From Clostridium sp. 26_21 (GTDB lineage Bacteria; Bacillota; Clostridia; TANB77; CAG-508): a stretch of DNA of 64,000 nt. The stretch's first letter is position 1, and every line of letters starts with the position of its first letter. A program made the position numbers and the translations under genes. Where the stretch lies: contig MNRO01000008.1 in NCBI GenBank assembly GCA_001915995.1, forward strand, positions 44,099 through 108,098, in the 5' to 3' direction. The notes under the pieces are model-generated. The model was not told where the DNA came from. It searched no databases and saw only the letters and a program-made list of their open reading frames with translations. This document shows positions 1 through 9,289 of this stretch, one piece after another.

Positions 1-1
1 T

Positions 2-157
2 TGCTTAAAGAGAGCAGGAATATCTACAGTAGAAGATTTAACAAATAGATCTGAAAATGATATGATGAAAGTTAGAAATTTAGGAAAGAAATCTTTAGAT
101 GAAGTAATTGCCAAATTACATTCATTAGGACTAAATTTCAGACAAGAAGATGAATAA
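2..157 (+). CDS. rpoA: DNA-directed RNA polymerase alpha subunit, C-terminal fragment (5' end lies outside the window)
   Basis: Frame-2 ORF is open from the window edge to TAA at 155-157. Translation ...[39 protein letters not shown] matches the conserved alpha-CTD. rplQ follows directly, as in the rpoA-rplQ operon. Confidence 0.8.
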   Translation, partial: CLKRAGISTVEDLTNRSENDMMKVRNLGKKSLDEVIAKLHSLGLNFRQEDE

Positions 158-180
158 AATTTAATAAAGAGGTGAAAGAA

Positions 181-690
181 GTGGCTACAAATAGAAAATT
201 AGGTAGAACAACTGATATAAGAAATGCTATGTTAAAAACTTTAACAACAGATTTAATCTTAAAAGGTAAAGTTGAAACAACAGAAGCTAGAGCAAAAGAA
301 GTAAAAGCTATAGCAGATAGCATAATAGCATTAGCAATAAAAGAAAAAGATAACTTTGAAACAGTAGATGCTAAAGTAGTAAAAGCTAAATTAGATTCTA
401 AAGGTAACAAAGTTACAGAATTAGTAAAAAGCAAAAATGGTAATGAATATCTAAAAGTTGTTAAAGAAGAAACAACTGAAAAAAGACAAAAAGATATGCC
501 ATCAAGATTAAATGCTAGAAGAAAAATAATGACAAAATTAAACAAAGTTGAAGGCGAAGATGTAATGGCAAAATTATTCAACGAAATTGCTCCAAAATAC
601 GAAGGTAGAGTTGGTGGATATACAAGAATAGTTAAAGCTGGTCCTCGTAGAGGAGATGCTGCTGAAGTAGCTATATTACAATTAGTTTAA
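181..690 (+). CDS. rplQ: 50S ribosomal protein L17 with an internal insertion of about 50 residues
   Basis: Translation starts [26 protein letters not shown] and ends [25 protein letters not shown], the L17 hallmarks. RBS AAAGAGGTG lies 7 nt before GTG at 181. The ORF-track start (GTG 172) overlaps that RBS. The protein is about 170 aa against a typical ~115-120 aa, because of a Lys/Glu-rich internal segment. Confidence 0.88.
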   Translation: MATNRKLGRTTDIRNAMLKTLTTDLILKGKVETTEARAKEVKAIADSIIALAIKEKDNFETVDAKVVKAKLDSKGNKVTELVKSKNGNEYLKVVKEETTEKRQKDMPSRLNARRKIMTKLNKVEGEDVMAKLFNEIAPKYEGRVGGYTRIVKAGPRRGDAAEVAILQLV

Positions 691-707
691 TTATAAAATT
701 GAATATA

Positions 708-812
708 TATTATCAAGAGTGGAGTAGAGAACGGCTCGTTAATCCCACAGCAACCTGCAGTATGTAAGGTGCTAATACCGGCAAAGCAAAAGCTTTGAGT
801 GATGATTTTTTT
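708..812 (+). promoter_or_regulatory. SAM-I (S-box) riboswitch aptamer in the metK leader
   Basis: TTATCAAGAG start, followed by GGTGCTAATACC, AGCAACC and GAGTGATGA. These are the conserved S-box elements also found in the B. subtilis metK leader. It sits directly upstream of metK and is followed by a terminator. The core reads GAGAAC where GAGGGA is usual. Confidence 0.6.
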
Positions 813-817
813 GAAAA

Positions 818-850
818 AGACTCATAGCAAGCGCTAAGAGTTCTTTTTTT
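818..850 (+). terminator. riboswitch expression-platform terminator
   Basis: Hairpin ACTCATAGC-aagc-GCTAAGAGT followed by TCTTTTTTT. Confidence 0.6.
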
Positions 851-944
851 GTTATATTAGAAAGGTTCTATTTTAGACAGAGCAAATATAAAAATTTATT
901 ATAACTCAAAGTAGAATAATAAATATGAAAGGAAACGAAGAAAT

Positions 945-2063
945 ATGAGTAAAAAATGGTATTTTACATCAGAAAGTGTAACAGAAGGACATCCAGATAA
1001 ATTATGTGATTATATATCAGATACAATATTAGATGAAGCATTAAAACAAGATAAATATTCGAGAGTTGCAATAGAAACATTTGCATCTGCAAATCAAATA
1101 ACAATAGCAGGACAATTAACAACAAATGCAACATTAGATATAGAAAAAATAGTAAGAGATAGAATAAAAGAAATAGGATATGACAGAGCAGACTTAGACA
1201 TAGATTATAGAACATGTAAGATAGATATAAACATAACAAAGCAAAGCTCAGATATAGCACAAGGTGTAGACATTGGTGGGGCTGGAGACCAAGGGATAAT
1301 GTTTGGATATGCTTCAGATGAAACAGAAGAATATATGCCATTTGCAATTTCAATGGCACACAAATTGGCAAAAAGACTTACAGAAGTTCGTAAAAACGGA
1401 ATAATACCATATCTTAGACCAGATGGAAAAACACAAGTAACAGTTGAATATGAAGATGGAATTGTAAAAAGAATAGATACAATACTTATATCAAATCAAC
1501 ATGAAGAATCAGCAGATATGGAAACATTAAAGAAAGACATTATGGATAAAGTAATAAAGGCAGTTATTCCAGAAAAATATTTAGACGAAAATACAAAATA
1601 TTTTATAAATCCAACAGGAAGATTTGTTATAGGAGGACCTTTAGGAGATACAGGATTAACAGGAAGAAAAATAATTGTAGACACATATGGTGGATATGCT
1701 CGTCATGGCGGAGGAGCTTTTTCAGGAAAAGATGCAACAAAAGTTGACAGAAGTGCAGCATATATGATGAGACATATTGCTAAAAATATAGTTGCAAATG
1801 GATTTGCCAAAAAATGTGAATTACAAGTAGCTTATGCAATAGGTGTTGAACAACCAATGTCAATATTTGTAGATACATTTGGAACAAATACAATACCAGA
1901 AGAAAGAATTGAAGAAATAATAAAAAATAATTTTGATTTAACACCAAAAGGAATTATTGAATATCTTGGATTAAGAGAACCAATTTATACTAAAACAACA
2001 AATTATGGACATTTTGGAAAGCCAGAATTACCTTGGGAGAAAATTGTAAAGTTAGAAATTTAA
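945..2063 (+). CDS. metK: S-adenosylmethionine synthetase
   Basis: 372-aa ORF with GHPDK, the [10 protein letters not shown]-loop, DTYGG and GAGDQG motifs. RBS GAAAGGAAACG lies upstream. Confidence 0.95.
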   Translation: MSKKWYFTSESVTEGHPDKLCDYISDTILDEALKQDKYSRVAIETFASANQITIAGQLTTNATLDIEKIVRDRIKEIGYDRADLDIDYRTCKIDINITKQSSDIAQGVDIGGAGDQGIMFGYASDETEEYMPFAISMAHKLAKRLTEVRKNGIIPYLRPDGKTQVTVEYEDGIVKRIDTILISNQHEESADMETLKKDIMDKVIKAVIPEKYLDENTKYFINPTGRFVIGGPLGDTGLTGRKIIVDTYGGYARHGGGAFSGKDATKVDRSAAYMMRHIAKNIVANGFAKKCELQVAYAIGVEQPMSIFVDTFGTNTIPEERIEEIIKNNFDLTPKGIIEYLGLREPIYTKTTNYGHFGKPELPWEKIVKLEI

Positions 2064-2065
2064 TA

Positions 2066-2100
2066 AAAAATATCTTGACTTTTTCAAGATATTTTTTATT
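2066..2100 (+). terminator. rho-independent terminator after metK
   Basis: AAAATATCTTGA-ctttt-TCAAGATATTTT followed by a T-run. Confidence 0.7.
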
Positions 2101-2241
2101 TTGGGGTTGAATAATATTTTTTATATTGATATAATAAAAATGTAAAAAGTTTATTAGATACATATGAAAAAAGGGGTGAAAAAAGTGAAAGAAAATATGC
2201 AGAAGATAAATTTTTTTGAAAATAAGGAGGATAAAAGAATA

Positions 2242-3714
2242 ATGAAAAAAACAAATAAGATAATAATGATGCTAATTATAGCATTAATGATAAGTATTTT
2301 ACCTGTTGTATCAAATGCAGATACAACAGCAACAAAAGATAATGCAACAGAATCAACAAAGGATCCAACAACAGAAACAACAACTCCTCTAACATTAGAA
2401 GGAGTTTATATTACATCAAAAGCAGGTGAATATAAAATTGGTGATGTAATAACATTTGAAGTAAGATTTTCAGATAAAATTCAAGAATATACAAAACCAA
2501 GTCTAGAAATAAAAATAGGTGAAAGAAAAAAGACAATATATACTTCAGAACAAATTAAGTATTTAGATAAAGCAATACAATATTCATATACAATAACAAG
2601 AGAAGATATGGGAAAAGTAACTTTTAGTAAATTTTATAATGGAAATGAAGAGATTCTTTTAAAAAATTCAAAAGGTGAGAGTATATATGTTAAAAATACT
2701 GCAAAGAATTTTGCAAACTCTGTAGATATCAATATTGAACCTTCATGGACAAAAATAGAAAAAATAGAAACTAAATTAGATGAAGTAAGTTATTCATTAA
2801 CACTTTCAGAATTACAAGAGAATCCATTTCATGATTATTACATGTTTTTTACATATGATAATGAAGAAGTAAAAATAGAAAAAGGCACAGATGGAAAAAT
2901 TTCTAATGCATATTCTAAGTACTCTAAACAAAAAACGATTAAAGATGTTTTAGAAAAAAAAGGCGATATATATATGTCAATTGTTGAAGAACAGAGAGAT
3001 TATAGTAAAGAGAATGATGAATATATATATAAAATAATTTCAAATAAAACAAAAATTGAAAGACCAGCAGAGAAAACAATAACTCAAAGAATATATGGAA
3101 TTTTTTATGACTTAAAAGATGGAAGTGATAATCTAGTTTTTTGTACAGAAGCACATTCAGAAAAAAGAAAACTAAATATTCATATTGGAAAAATAACAGA
3201 TATATCAATTTTGAAATCAATAAAAAATAAAGAGCATGATGGTATGAGTAAATTATTAAAATATGCTAAAAATAACAGCAATTCAGATAAAGCAATAGTA
3301 TTAGAAGAACAAAATTCAATAGGACTTTTTAAAGCATCTCAAATATCAACTGCACTAAAATATGAGCCAGGTGAATATTATTATATGTATTTTTCATTAG
3401 ATAATGAAAATGGAGAATATGTTGATGTAGAAGACATTGGATTATTTGGATGCTTTAACAGTGATTCAGCTTATTGGCTAGCAACTGAAAGTGATTCAAC
3501 TTTTAAATGGACAATAAGTGATGAAAATCCAGTAACAGATACAACAAAGCCTGCAGAAGATAATAAACAAGAACAAACAAAAGATGATACAGTATCAAAA
3601 GAAGATAAATTACCATTTACAGGAGTTGGAATTGGATTAATATTGTCAATTTCAGTAGTAACAATAGCAGGAATAATTATGTACAAAAAAGTTAAATATT
3701 ATAAAGGTATATAA
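2242..3714 (+). CDS. LPXTG-anchored cell-surface protein of unknown function
   Basis: AGGAGG RBS before ATG 2242. Signal peptide MKKTNKIIMMLIIALMISILPVVSNA. The C-terminus reads LPFTG, then a hydrophobic stretch, then the KKVKYYK positive tail: a classical sortase sorting signal. The ORF-track start at 2164 is probably too far upstream. Confidence 0.8.
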   Translation: MKKTNKIIMMLIIALMISILPVVSNADTTATKDNATESTKDPTTETTTPLTLEGVYITSKAGEYKIGDVITFEVRFSDKIQEYTKPSLEIKIGERKKTIYTSEQIKYLDKAIQYSYTITREDMGKVTFSKFYNGNEEILLKNSKGESIYVKNTAKNFANSVDINIEPSWTKIEKIETKLDEVSYSLTLSELQENPFHDYYMFFTYDNEEVKIEKGTDGKISNAYSKYSKQKTIKDVLEKKGDIYMSIVEEQRDYSKENDEYIYKIISNKTKIERPAEKTITQRIYGIFYDLKDGSDNLVFCTEAHSEKRKLNIHIGKITDISILKSIKNKEHDGMSKLLKYAKNNSNSDKAIVLEEQNSIGLFKASQISTALKYEPGEYYYMYFSLDNENGEYVDVEDIGLFGCFNSDSAYWLATESDSTFKWTISDENPVTDTTKPAEDNKQEQTKDDTVSKEDKLPFTGVGIGLILSISVVTIAGIIMYKKVKYYKGI

Positions 3715-3721
3715 AAATAAA

Positions 3722-3758
3722 AAAATTGAGAAAATCAAAAATTTCTCAATTTTTTTAT
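3722..3758 (+). terminator. rho-independent terminator
   Basis: ATTGAGAAA-loop-TTTCTCAAT followed by TTTTTTTATTT. Confidence 0.7.
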
Positions 3759-3841
3759 TTGTTCTTATATTCAAATATCCTTGAAACAAACATATTTTTG
3801 TGATAAAATCACACTATCAAAATACGAAAAGAGGACGGAAA

Positions 3842-6070
3842 TTGGAAGAAAAAGAAGGAATACTAGCAGAGATAATATATCAAAATGAAGTAAATAGCTA
3901 TACTGTAGGAATATTTGAAACAGAAGAAGAACAATTTACAGTAGTTGGATATTTACCATTTACATGTAAAGGAGATTCATTAAAAATAATCGGAAAATTT
4001 ATAGAACACAAAGATTATGGAGAACAATTTAAAATAGAAACGTTTGAAAAATTAATGCCACAAACATTATCTGCACTAGAAAAATATCTTGCAAATGGAA
4101 ATATAAAAGGAGTTGGACCAGCAACAGCAAGTAAAATAATAAAATTATTTGGAGATGAAACCATACATGTATTAAAATACGAACCATCAAAATTAGTACA
4201 AATAAAAGGAATAACAAAAGATAAAGCAAAAGAAATATCTGAAAGTTTTATTGAAAATTGGGAAGTATGGCAAATTGTTGGCTTTTTAGAAAGATTTGGA
4301 TTAGGAGCAGAAAGTGCCAAAAAAGTATATGATCTACTAGGAATAAATGCAATATCAGAAATAGAAAATGATCCATATATTTTAATAGATATTGCAAGAG
4401 GTGTAGAATTTTCACAAATAGATAAAATGGCAATAGAACTTGGAATAGAACGAGAAAATCAAAAAAGAGTGAAAAGTGGAATAAAATATGCATTAATAAA
4501 AATTACATATAATGGACATTGTTGTACATTGAAAGAAAATTTAATAGAATATGTAAAACAGATATTAGGAGTATCTGAAGAAATAATTGAAGAAGGACTA
4601 ATAAATTTAAAAGCAAATGAAGATATAGTTATTGAAAAAAGAGATGAAGAAAAATGGGTATACTTATATTCATTTTATAAAACAGAAAATGAAATTGCAG
4701 AAAGAATAATAAAATTAAAAAATACTAAAAATGTAAAAAAAGTAGGTAATATCGAAAAAGAATTAAAAAAAGTAGAAGAAAAAACAGATATGATTTTATC
4801 TGAAAAACAAAAAGAAGCAATAAGGACTATTAATGATAATAATGTAACAATTATTACAGGTGGCCCGGGAACAGGAAAAACAACAATAATAAAAAGTATT
4901 ATAGAAATTTATAAAACAAAAAAATATAAGATTGTATTATGTGCTCCTACTGGAAGAGCTGCAAAGAGGATGACAGAAACAACAGGAGAAGAAGCACAAA
5001 CATTACATAGATTATTAGAAATAGGAAAAGTTGATGATGATGCATTTTTTAAGAAAGACAAAGACTTCGAAGGAGCACCAATAGATGCAGATATAATAAT
5101 AGTTGATGAGATGTCAATGGTAGATATGTTTGTAATGAGTTATTTGTTAGATTGTATATATTTAGGAACAAAGTTAATTCTTGTAGGAGATACAGATCAA
5201 CTTCCATCAGTAGGACCTGGAAGTGTTTTAAAAGATATAATATCATCTGAAAAAATTTCAACAGTACATTTAGATAAAATATTTAGACAGGCAGCAAGAA
5301 GTAAAATAATAGTAAATGCACATAGAGTAAACAATGGTCAAAAATTTATACAAAAAGATGATTCAGAACTATCTGAAAATGCAAAAGAAGATTTTTTCTT
5401 TATAAAAGAAAATAATCAAGAAAAAATATTAGAACAAGTTTTATCATTATGTAATGGGAGATTAAAAAAGTTCGGAGACTATGACTTTTTTGAAAATATT
5501 CAAGTATTAACACCAACTAAAAAAGGAATGTTAGGAACAAAAGAATTAAATAAATCATTACAACAAGAATTAAATCCGCCAAGAGAAGGTGAACCAGAAA
5601 AAGCAAATATGGGAGTAATATTCAGAATTGGTGATAGAATAATGCAAACCAAAAATAATTATGATATGTATTGGGAAAGAAGAGAAGGAGACTCTATAGA
5701 AACTGGAAATGGTGTATTTAATGGTGAGATTGGAACAATAACAAATATAAATGAAAAAGAAAAAAATATAAGAATAAAATTCGATGATGATAAAGTTTGT
5801 TGGTATGAATTCAATGATTTAGAACAAATAGATCATAGTTATTGTATAACAATACACAAAGCACAAGGAAGTGAATTTGATGTTGTTATAATGATTGTAC
5901 CACAAGCTGCACCAATGCTTTTAACACGAAATTTATTATATACAGGATTAACAAGAGCTAAAAAATTATTGATTGTAATTGGAAATGATAGAGTTGTAGA
6001 CTTTATGATAAATAATGTAGATAGTAAAAAAAGGAATACCGGATTGGAATATAAATTACGAAATATGTAG
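3842..6070 (+). CDS. recD2: ATP-dependent RecD-like DNA helicase (RecD2)
   Basis: Walker A GGPGTGKTT and a helix-hairpin-helix segment. Motifs DEMSMVD, LVGDTDQLPSVG, the CITIHKAQGSEFD region and TGLTRAKK. The likely start is TTG 3842, 6 nt after GAGGA. The ORF-track start at 3800 has no RBS. Confidence 0.88.
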   Translation: MEEKEGILAEIIYQNEVNSYTVGIFETEEEQFTVVGYLPFTCKGDSLKIIGKFIEHKDYGEQFKIETFEKLMPQTLSALEKYLANGNIKGVGPATASKIIKLFGDETIHVLKYEPSKLVQIKGITKDKAKEISESFIENWEVWQIVGFLERFGLGAESAKKVYDLLGINAISEIENDPYILIDIARGVEFSQIDKMAIELGIERENQKRVKSGIKYALIKITYNGHCCTLKENLIEYVKQILGVSEEIIEEGLINLKANEDIVIEKRDEEKWVYLYSFYKTENEIAERIIKLKNTKNVKKVGNIEKELKKVEEKTDMILSEKQKEAIRTINDNNVTIITGGPGTGKTTIIKSIIEIYKTKKYKIVLCAPTGRAAKRMTETTGEEAQTLHRLLEIGKVDDDAFFKKDKDFEGAPIDADIIIVDEMSMVDMFVMSYLLDCIYLGTKLILVGDTDQLPSVGPGSVLKDIISSEKISTVHLDKIFRQAARSKIIVNAHRVNNGQKFIQKDDSELSENAKEDFFFIKENNQEKILEQVLSLCNGRLKKFGDYDFFENIQVLTPTKKGMLGTKELNKSLQQELNPPREGEPEKANMGVIFRIGDRIMQTKNNYDMYWERREGDSIETGNGVFNGEIGTITNINEKEKNIRIKFDDDKVCWYEFNDLEQIDHSYCITIHKAQGSEFDVVIMIVPQAAPMLLTRNLLYTGLTRAKKLLIVIGNDRVVDFMINNVDSKKRNTGLEYKLRNM

Positions 6071-6089
6071 AAAAATAGAAAATGAAAAG

Positions 6090-6103
6090 CGAAAAAAAGT
6101 TCG
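6090..6103 (+). promoter_or_regulatory. candidate LexA (Cheo) box upstream of recN
   Basis: CGAAAAAAAGTTCG against the consensus CGAAC-N4-GTTCG (12 of 14), placed just upstream of the -35. Confidence 0.45.
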
Positions 6104-6111
6104 TAAAACTA

Positions 6112-6140
6112 TTGACAAAAATCAAAGAAAAACATATAAT
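6112..6140 (+). promoter_or_regulatory. sigma-A promoter of recN
   Basis: TTGACA, a 17-nt spacer, then TATAAT. Both hexamers are perfect. Confidence 0.7.
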
Positions 6141-6146
6141 ACTTTT

Positions 6147-6160
6147 CGAACAGATATTTG
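6147..6160 (+). promoter_or_regulatory. second, weaker candidate LexA box overlapping the recN +1 region
   Basis: CGAACAGATATTTG: a good CGAAC half-site with a degenerate second half. It sits immediately after the -10. Confidence 0.3.
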
Positions 6161-6206
6161 ATATCTAGCTTAAGAAAAGTATTATTATTTTTTTGGAGGG
6201 ATTGCC

Positions 6207-7835
6207 ATGATTACAAATTTACATATAAAAAATATAGGAATAATAGATGATTTAGAAATAAATTTAAACAAAGGAATGAATGTATTAACAGGAGAAACAG
6301 GAGCTGGTAAAACATTAATAATAGATTCATTAGGAGTAATTTGTGGTGGACGATTCTCAAAAGAAATGATAAGAAAAGGTGAAAGCCATTCATATGTAGA
6401 AATATGTATGTATGAGCCACAAGATATAAATTCAGTAGATGGAAACATAATTGTAACAAGAGAGATATATAGTAATGGAAGAAATACTTGTAAAATAAAT
6501 GGAAGACTTGTAACAGTATCAGAATTAAAAGACTTTATGAGTAAATATATAGAAATACATGGTCAAAACCAAAATCAACAATTATTTGATAGTTCAACAC
6601 ATATAAAATATCTTGACAATTTTATAGGAGAAGAATTATTAACATTAAAAAGTGAATATAGCTCAAAATTTATAAGATATAATGAAGTAAAAAGAGAACT
6701 AAGAAATAATTATGGAGATGAAAAAGAAAAACAAAGAAAATTAGATTTATTAAAATATCAATTAAATGAAATACAAGAAGCAAAATTAAAAAAAGATGAA
6801 GAAGAAAAATTAGAAGAAAAAAGAAAAATAATGTTAAACTCAGAAAAAATAGCTAAAAACTTATCAGAAGCAAGTCAAGCAGTTGGAGAAAATACAATAG
6901 ATGTAATAAATAGTGCAGTAAGAGCATTAGAAAAAATAGAAGAAATAGATTCAAAATATAGTTCAACAATAGAAAGTTTAAGAAACATATATTATGAAAT
7001 GCAAGAAATATCAAGAGATATAGAAACATATTGTGAAGATGTTGACTTTGATGAACAACAAAGAGAAGAAGTTGAAACAAGATTAGATATTATATATGAT
7101 TTAAAAAGAAAATATGGAAATAATATTGAAGAAATATTAGAATATGGAAAAGAAGTTGCAGATGAGATAAATAAAATAGAAAATGCAGAAGAAATAAATG
7201 CTAAATTAAGAAAAGAAAAATCTGAATTAGAAACAGAGCTAAATGTAATAGCAATGAAAATAAGTGAAATTAGAAAAAAATATGCAACAGAATTAAATCA
7301 AAGAATTAATAAAGAATTATTAGAATTAGAAATGAAAAATGCAACAATTAATGTAAAAGTTGAATATAAAGCAAATGAATATTTTGAAAATGGTAAAGAT
7401 TCTGTTCAAATTTATATTAGAACAAATATTGGCGAAAATGAAAGTGAATTAGTAAAAATTGCATCAGGAGGAGAAATGTCAAGAATAATGCTAGCTATAA
7501 AAAAAGTAATAGCAGAAGCGGATGAAGTACCTGTTATGATATTTGATGAAATTGATACTGGAATAAGTGGAAAAGCTGCTAATGCAGTAGCAGACAAAAT
7601 GAAAAGCATTTCAAAAAATCATCAAGTTTTGTGCATATCACATTTGGCTGCAATTGCTGCAAGTGCAAATTATAACTATTTCATAAGTAAAAAAGTAGAA
7701 AATGAAAGAACAGCTACAAAAGTAAAATTATTAAATGAAGAAGAAGTTTTATGTGAAATTGCAAGAATCTCTTCAGGTGAAGTAAATGAAGTTACATTAC
7801 AATATGCAAATGAGCTAAGAAAAAAAGTATCTTAA
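6207..7835 (+). CDS. recN: DNA repair protein RecN
   Basis: N-terminal Walker A LTGETGAGKT, a long coiled-coil middle, and a C-terminal SGGE signature with DEIDTGISG (Walker B). GGAGGG RBS before ATG 6207. Confidence 0.92.
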   Translation: MITNLHIKNIGIIDDLEINLNKGMNVLTGETGAGKTLIIDSLGVICGGRFSKEMIRKGESHSYVEICMYEPQDINSVDGNIIVTREIYSNGRNTCKINGRLVTVSELKDFMSKYIEIHGQNQNQQLFDSSTHIKYLDNFIGEELLTLKSEYSSKFIRYNEVKRELRNNYGDEKEKQRKLDLLKYQLNEIQEAKLKKDEEEKLEEKRKIMLNSEKIAKNLSEASQAVGENTIDVINSAVRALEKIEEIDSKYSSTIESLRNIYYEMQEISRDIETYCEDVDFDEQQREEVETRLDIIYDLKRKYGNNIEEILEYGKEVADEINKIENAEEINAKLRKEKSELETELNVIAMKISEIRKKYATELNQRINKELLELEMKNATINVKVEYKANEYFENGKDSVQIYIRTNIGENESELVKIASGGEMSRIMLAIKKVIAEADEVPVMIFDEIDTGISGKAANAVADKMKSISKNHQVLCISHLAAIAASANYNYFISKKVENERTATKVKLLNEEEVLCEIARISSGEVNEVTLQYANELRKKVS

Positions 7836-7865
7836 AAAGTAAAAAATTATAGTAAAATAAAAAAT

Positions 7866-7906
7866 AAAATGATATAATGCTTAATATAAAATTATATCAT
7901 TTTTGG
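7866..7906 (+). terminator. rho-independent terminator after recN
   Basis: AATGATATAAT-loop-ATTATATCATT followed by TTTT. Confidence 0.6.
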
Positions 7907-7973
7907 TATATGAAAATATCTATCAGAAATTTGATATATTAAAATGTATTTTTTTATGGAGGAATAAAACAAA

Positions 7974-8501
7974 ATGCCAGAAAGACCAGAAGTAATAAAA
8001 ATGAGAGAAAATGCGCATGATAGGCAATACGTATTAGAAAATGTATCAAAAGAAGGTGGACTATTAGATTATGCAGGAGAAGAAATGAAAGATGATAGAG
8101 AAATTGCTTTAGCAGCAGTACATAATAATCCAGAGGCATTAGAATATGTTAGTGATAGATTAAAAGCAGATAGAGAAATAGTATATGACTCAGTAAGTGA
8201 AGTTGGGTGGACATATTGCTATGCAAAAGAAAATTTATTAAATGATAAAGAATTATTAATGGCTGGATTGAAAAAAACAGGACAAATTTTGTATTTTGCA
8301 TCACCAGAAATGAGAGATGATAAAGAAGTAGTAATGTTAGCTGCAACAAATAAACCAATTATAATAAAGTTCGCAAGTGGAAGGCTGAGAGAAGATAAAG
8401 AAATAGGATTATCAGCAATGAAATCTAATAAAAATTGTTATGAATTTTTAGGACCAAGCTTAAAACAAGATGAAGATATATTAGCAATAAAAAATGGATA
8501 A
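7974..8501 (+). CDS. DUF4116 repeat protein
   Basis: Four repeats of the DUF4116 unit (DDREIALAAVHNNPEALEYVSDRLKADREIV; DDKEVVMLAATN; EDKEIGLSAMKSN...). GGAGG RBS. Confidence 0.75.
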   Translation: MPERPEVIKMRENAHDRQYVLENVSKEGGLLDYAGEEMKDDREIALAAVHNNPEALEYVSDRLKADREIVYDSVSEVGWTYCYAKENLLNDKELLMAGLKKTGQILYFASPEMRDDKEVVMLAATNKPIIIKFASGRLREDKEIGLSAMKSNKNCYEFLGPSLKQDEDILAIKNG

Positions 8502-8533
8502 AAATATATTTAACCTAAATTAGTGAAATTGCT

Positions 8534-8561
8534 TGATTTTTTTGGTAAAATATAGTACAAT
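8534..8561 (+). promoter_or_regulatory. sigma-A promoter of the rpsO-pnp operon
   Basis: TTGATT, a 16-nt spacer, then TACAAT. Confidence 0.5.
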
Positions 8562-8661
8562 AGTTATGTTGAAAAAATATTCCTTTAACTTAGCCTAATA
8601 AAAGACACCTATTATTAGAGCTCGGTATAAGGAGAAAAAAGAAATAGGAGGTGTTAATAAC

Positions 8662-8925
8662 ATGACAGTAGAAAGAAAACAAGAAATCATTAATCAATAT
8701 AGAAGAGATGAAAAAGATACAGGATCATCTGAAGTTCAAATCGCTCTTTTAACAGAAAGAATTAATGAATTAACAGAGCATTTAAAAGTTCATAAAAAAG
8801 ACAATCATTCAAGAAGAGGAATGCTTAAAATGGTTGGTAAAAGAAGAAATTTATTAAACTACTTAGCAAAGAAAGATGAAGAATCATATAAAGCACTAGT
8901 TGAAAAATTAGGACTAAGAAAATAG
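8662..8925 (+). CDS. rpsO: 30S ribosomal protein S15
   Basis: 87-aa protein [71 protein letters not shown]. Confidence 0.95.
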   Translation: MTVERKQEIINQYRRDEKDTGSSEVQIALLTERINELTEHLKVHKKDNHSRRGMLKMVGKRRNLLNYLAKKDEESYKALVEKLGLRK

Positions 8926-8938
8926 TTTAAGATTTGTA

Positions 8939-8978
8939 AAAGGACGTGTGCGATAAAAGCCTACGTCCTTTTGTTTTA
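8939..8978 (+). terminator. rho-independent terminator / attenuator between rpsO and pnp
   Basis: AGGACGT-loop-ACGTCCT followed by TTTTGTTTT. Confidence 0.75.
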
Positions 8979-9289
8979 TATAATAGGAAAGTTATACTTT
9001 CCTATTATATAAAATGCTACAATCGCTAGCCCTTTGAGATTTCATCGCTTCGTTCAGAAACTCAAATCGGGCGAGAACAAATCAAAGAAAAATTGAAAAA
9101 TTTTCTTATTTGTTCTTAAAGTAAGTCAAATGTATTTGGAAAAGTAGCTTGTATAATGTGCTTTAAACAAATAAAACATATTATAGAGGTTACAATCTAA
9201 TTACAAGTTTGACTTACTTAAATAGGTGTAAAGAATAAAAGAAAGGAGTTTATGGATTATATAAATAAACCATAAAAGAGAAAAAGTAT

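Noticed and set aside
138-581. 147-aa minus-strand ORF overlapping rplQ
   Set aside because: It is fully antisense to a well-supported ribosomal protein gene. The product is hydrophobic and low-complexity, and it has no RBS. This is a typical AT-rich antisense artefact.
964-1371. Leu/Phe-rich minus-strand ORFs inside metK, and similar ones inside pnp (9603..11097), recA, relA, the M23 peptidases (36350..36823), the 53018 protein (53440..53913) and others
   Set aside because: They are antisense to strongly conserved genes. The products are poly-L/F/I low-complexity, a consequence of Lys/Glu/Asn-rich sense codons. No RBS is present.
2164-2241. Extended N-terminus of the LPXTG protein (ORF-track start at 2164)
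   Set aside because: The AGGAGG RBS lies inside this extension. The signal peptide begins right after ATG 2242, so the shorter start is preferred.
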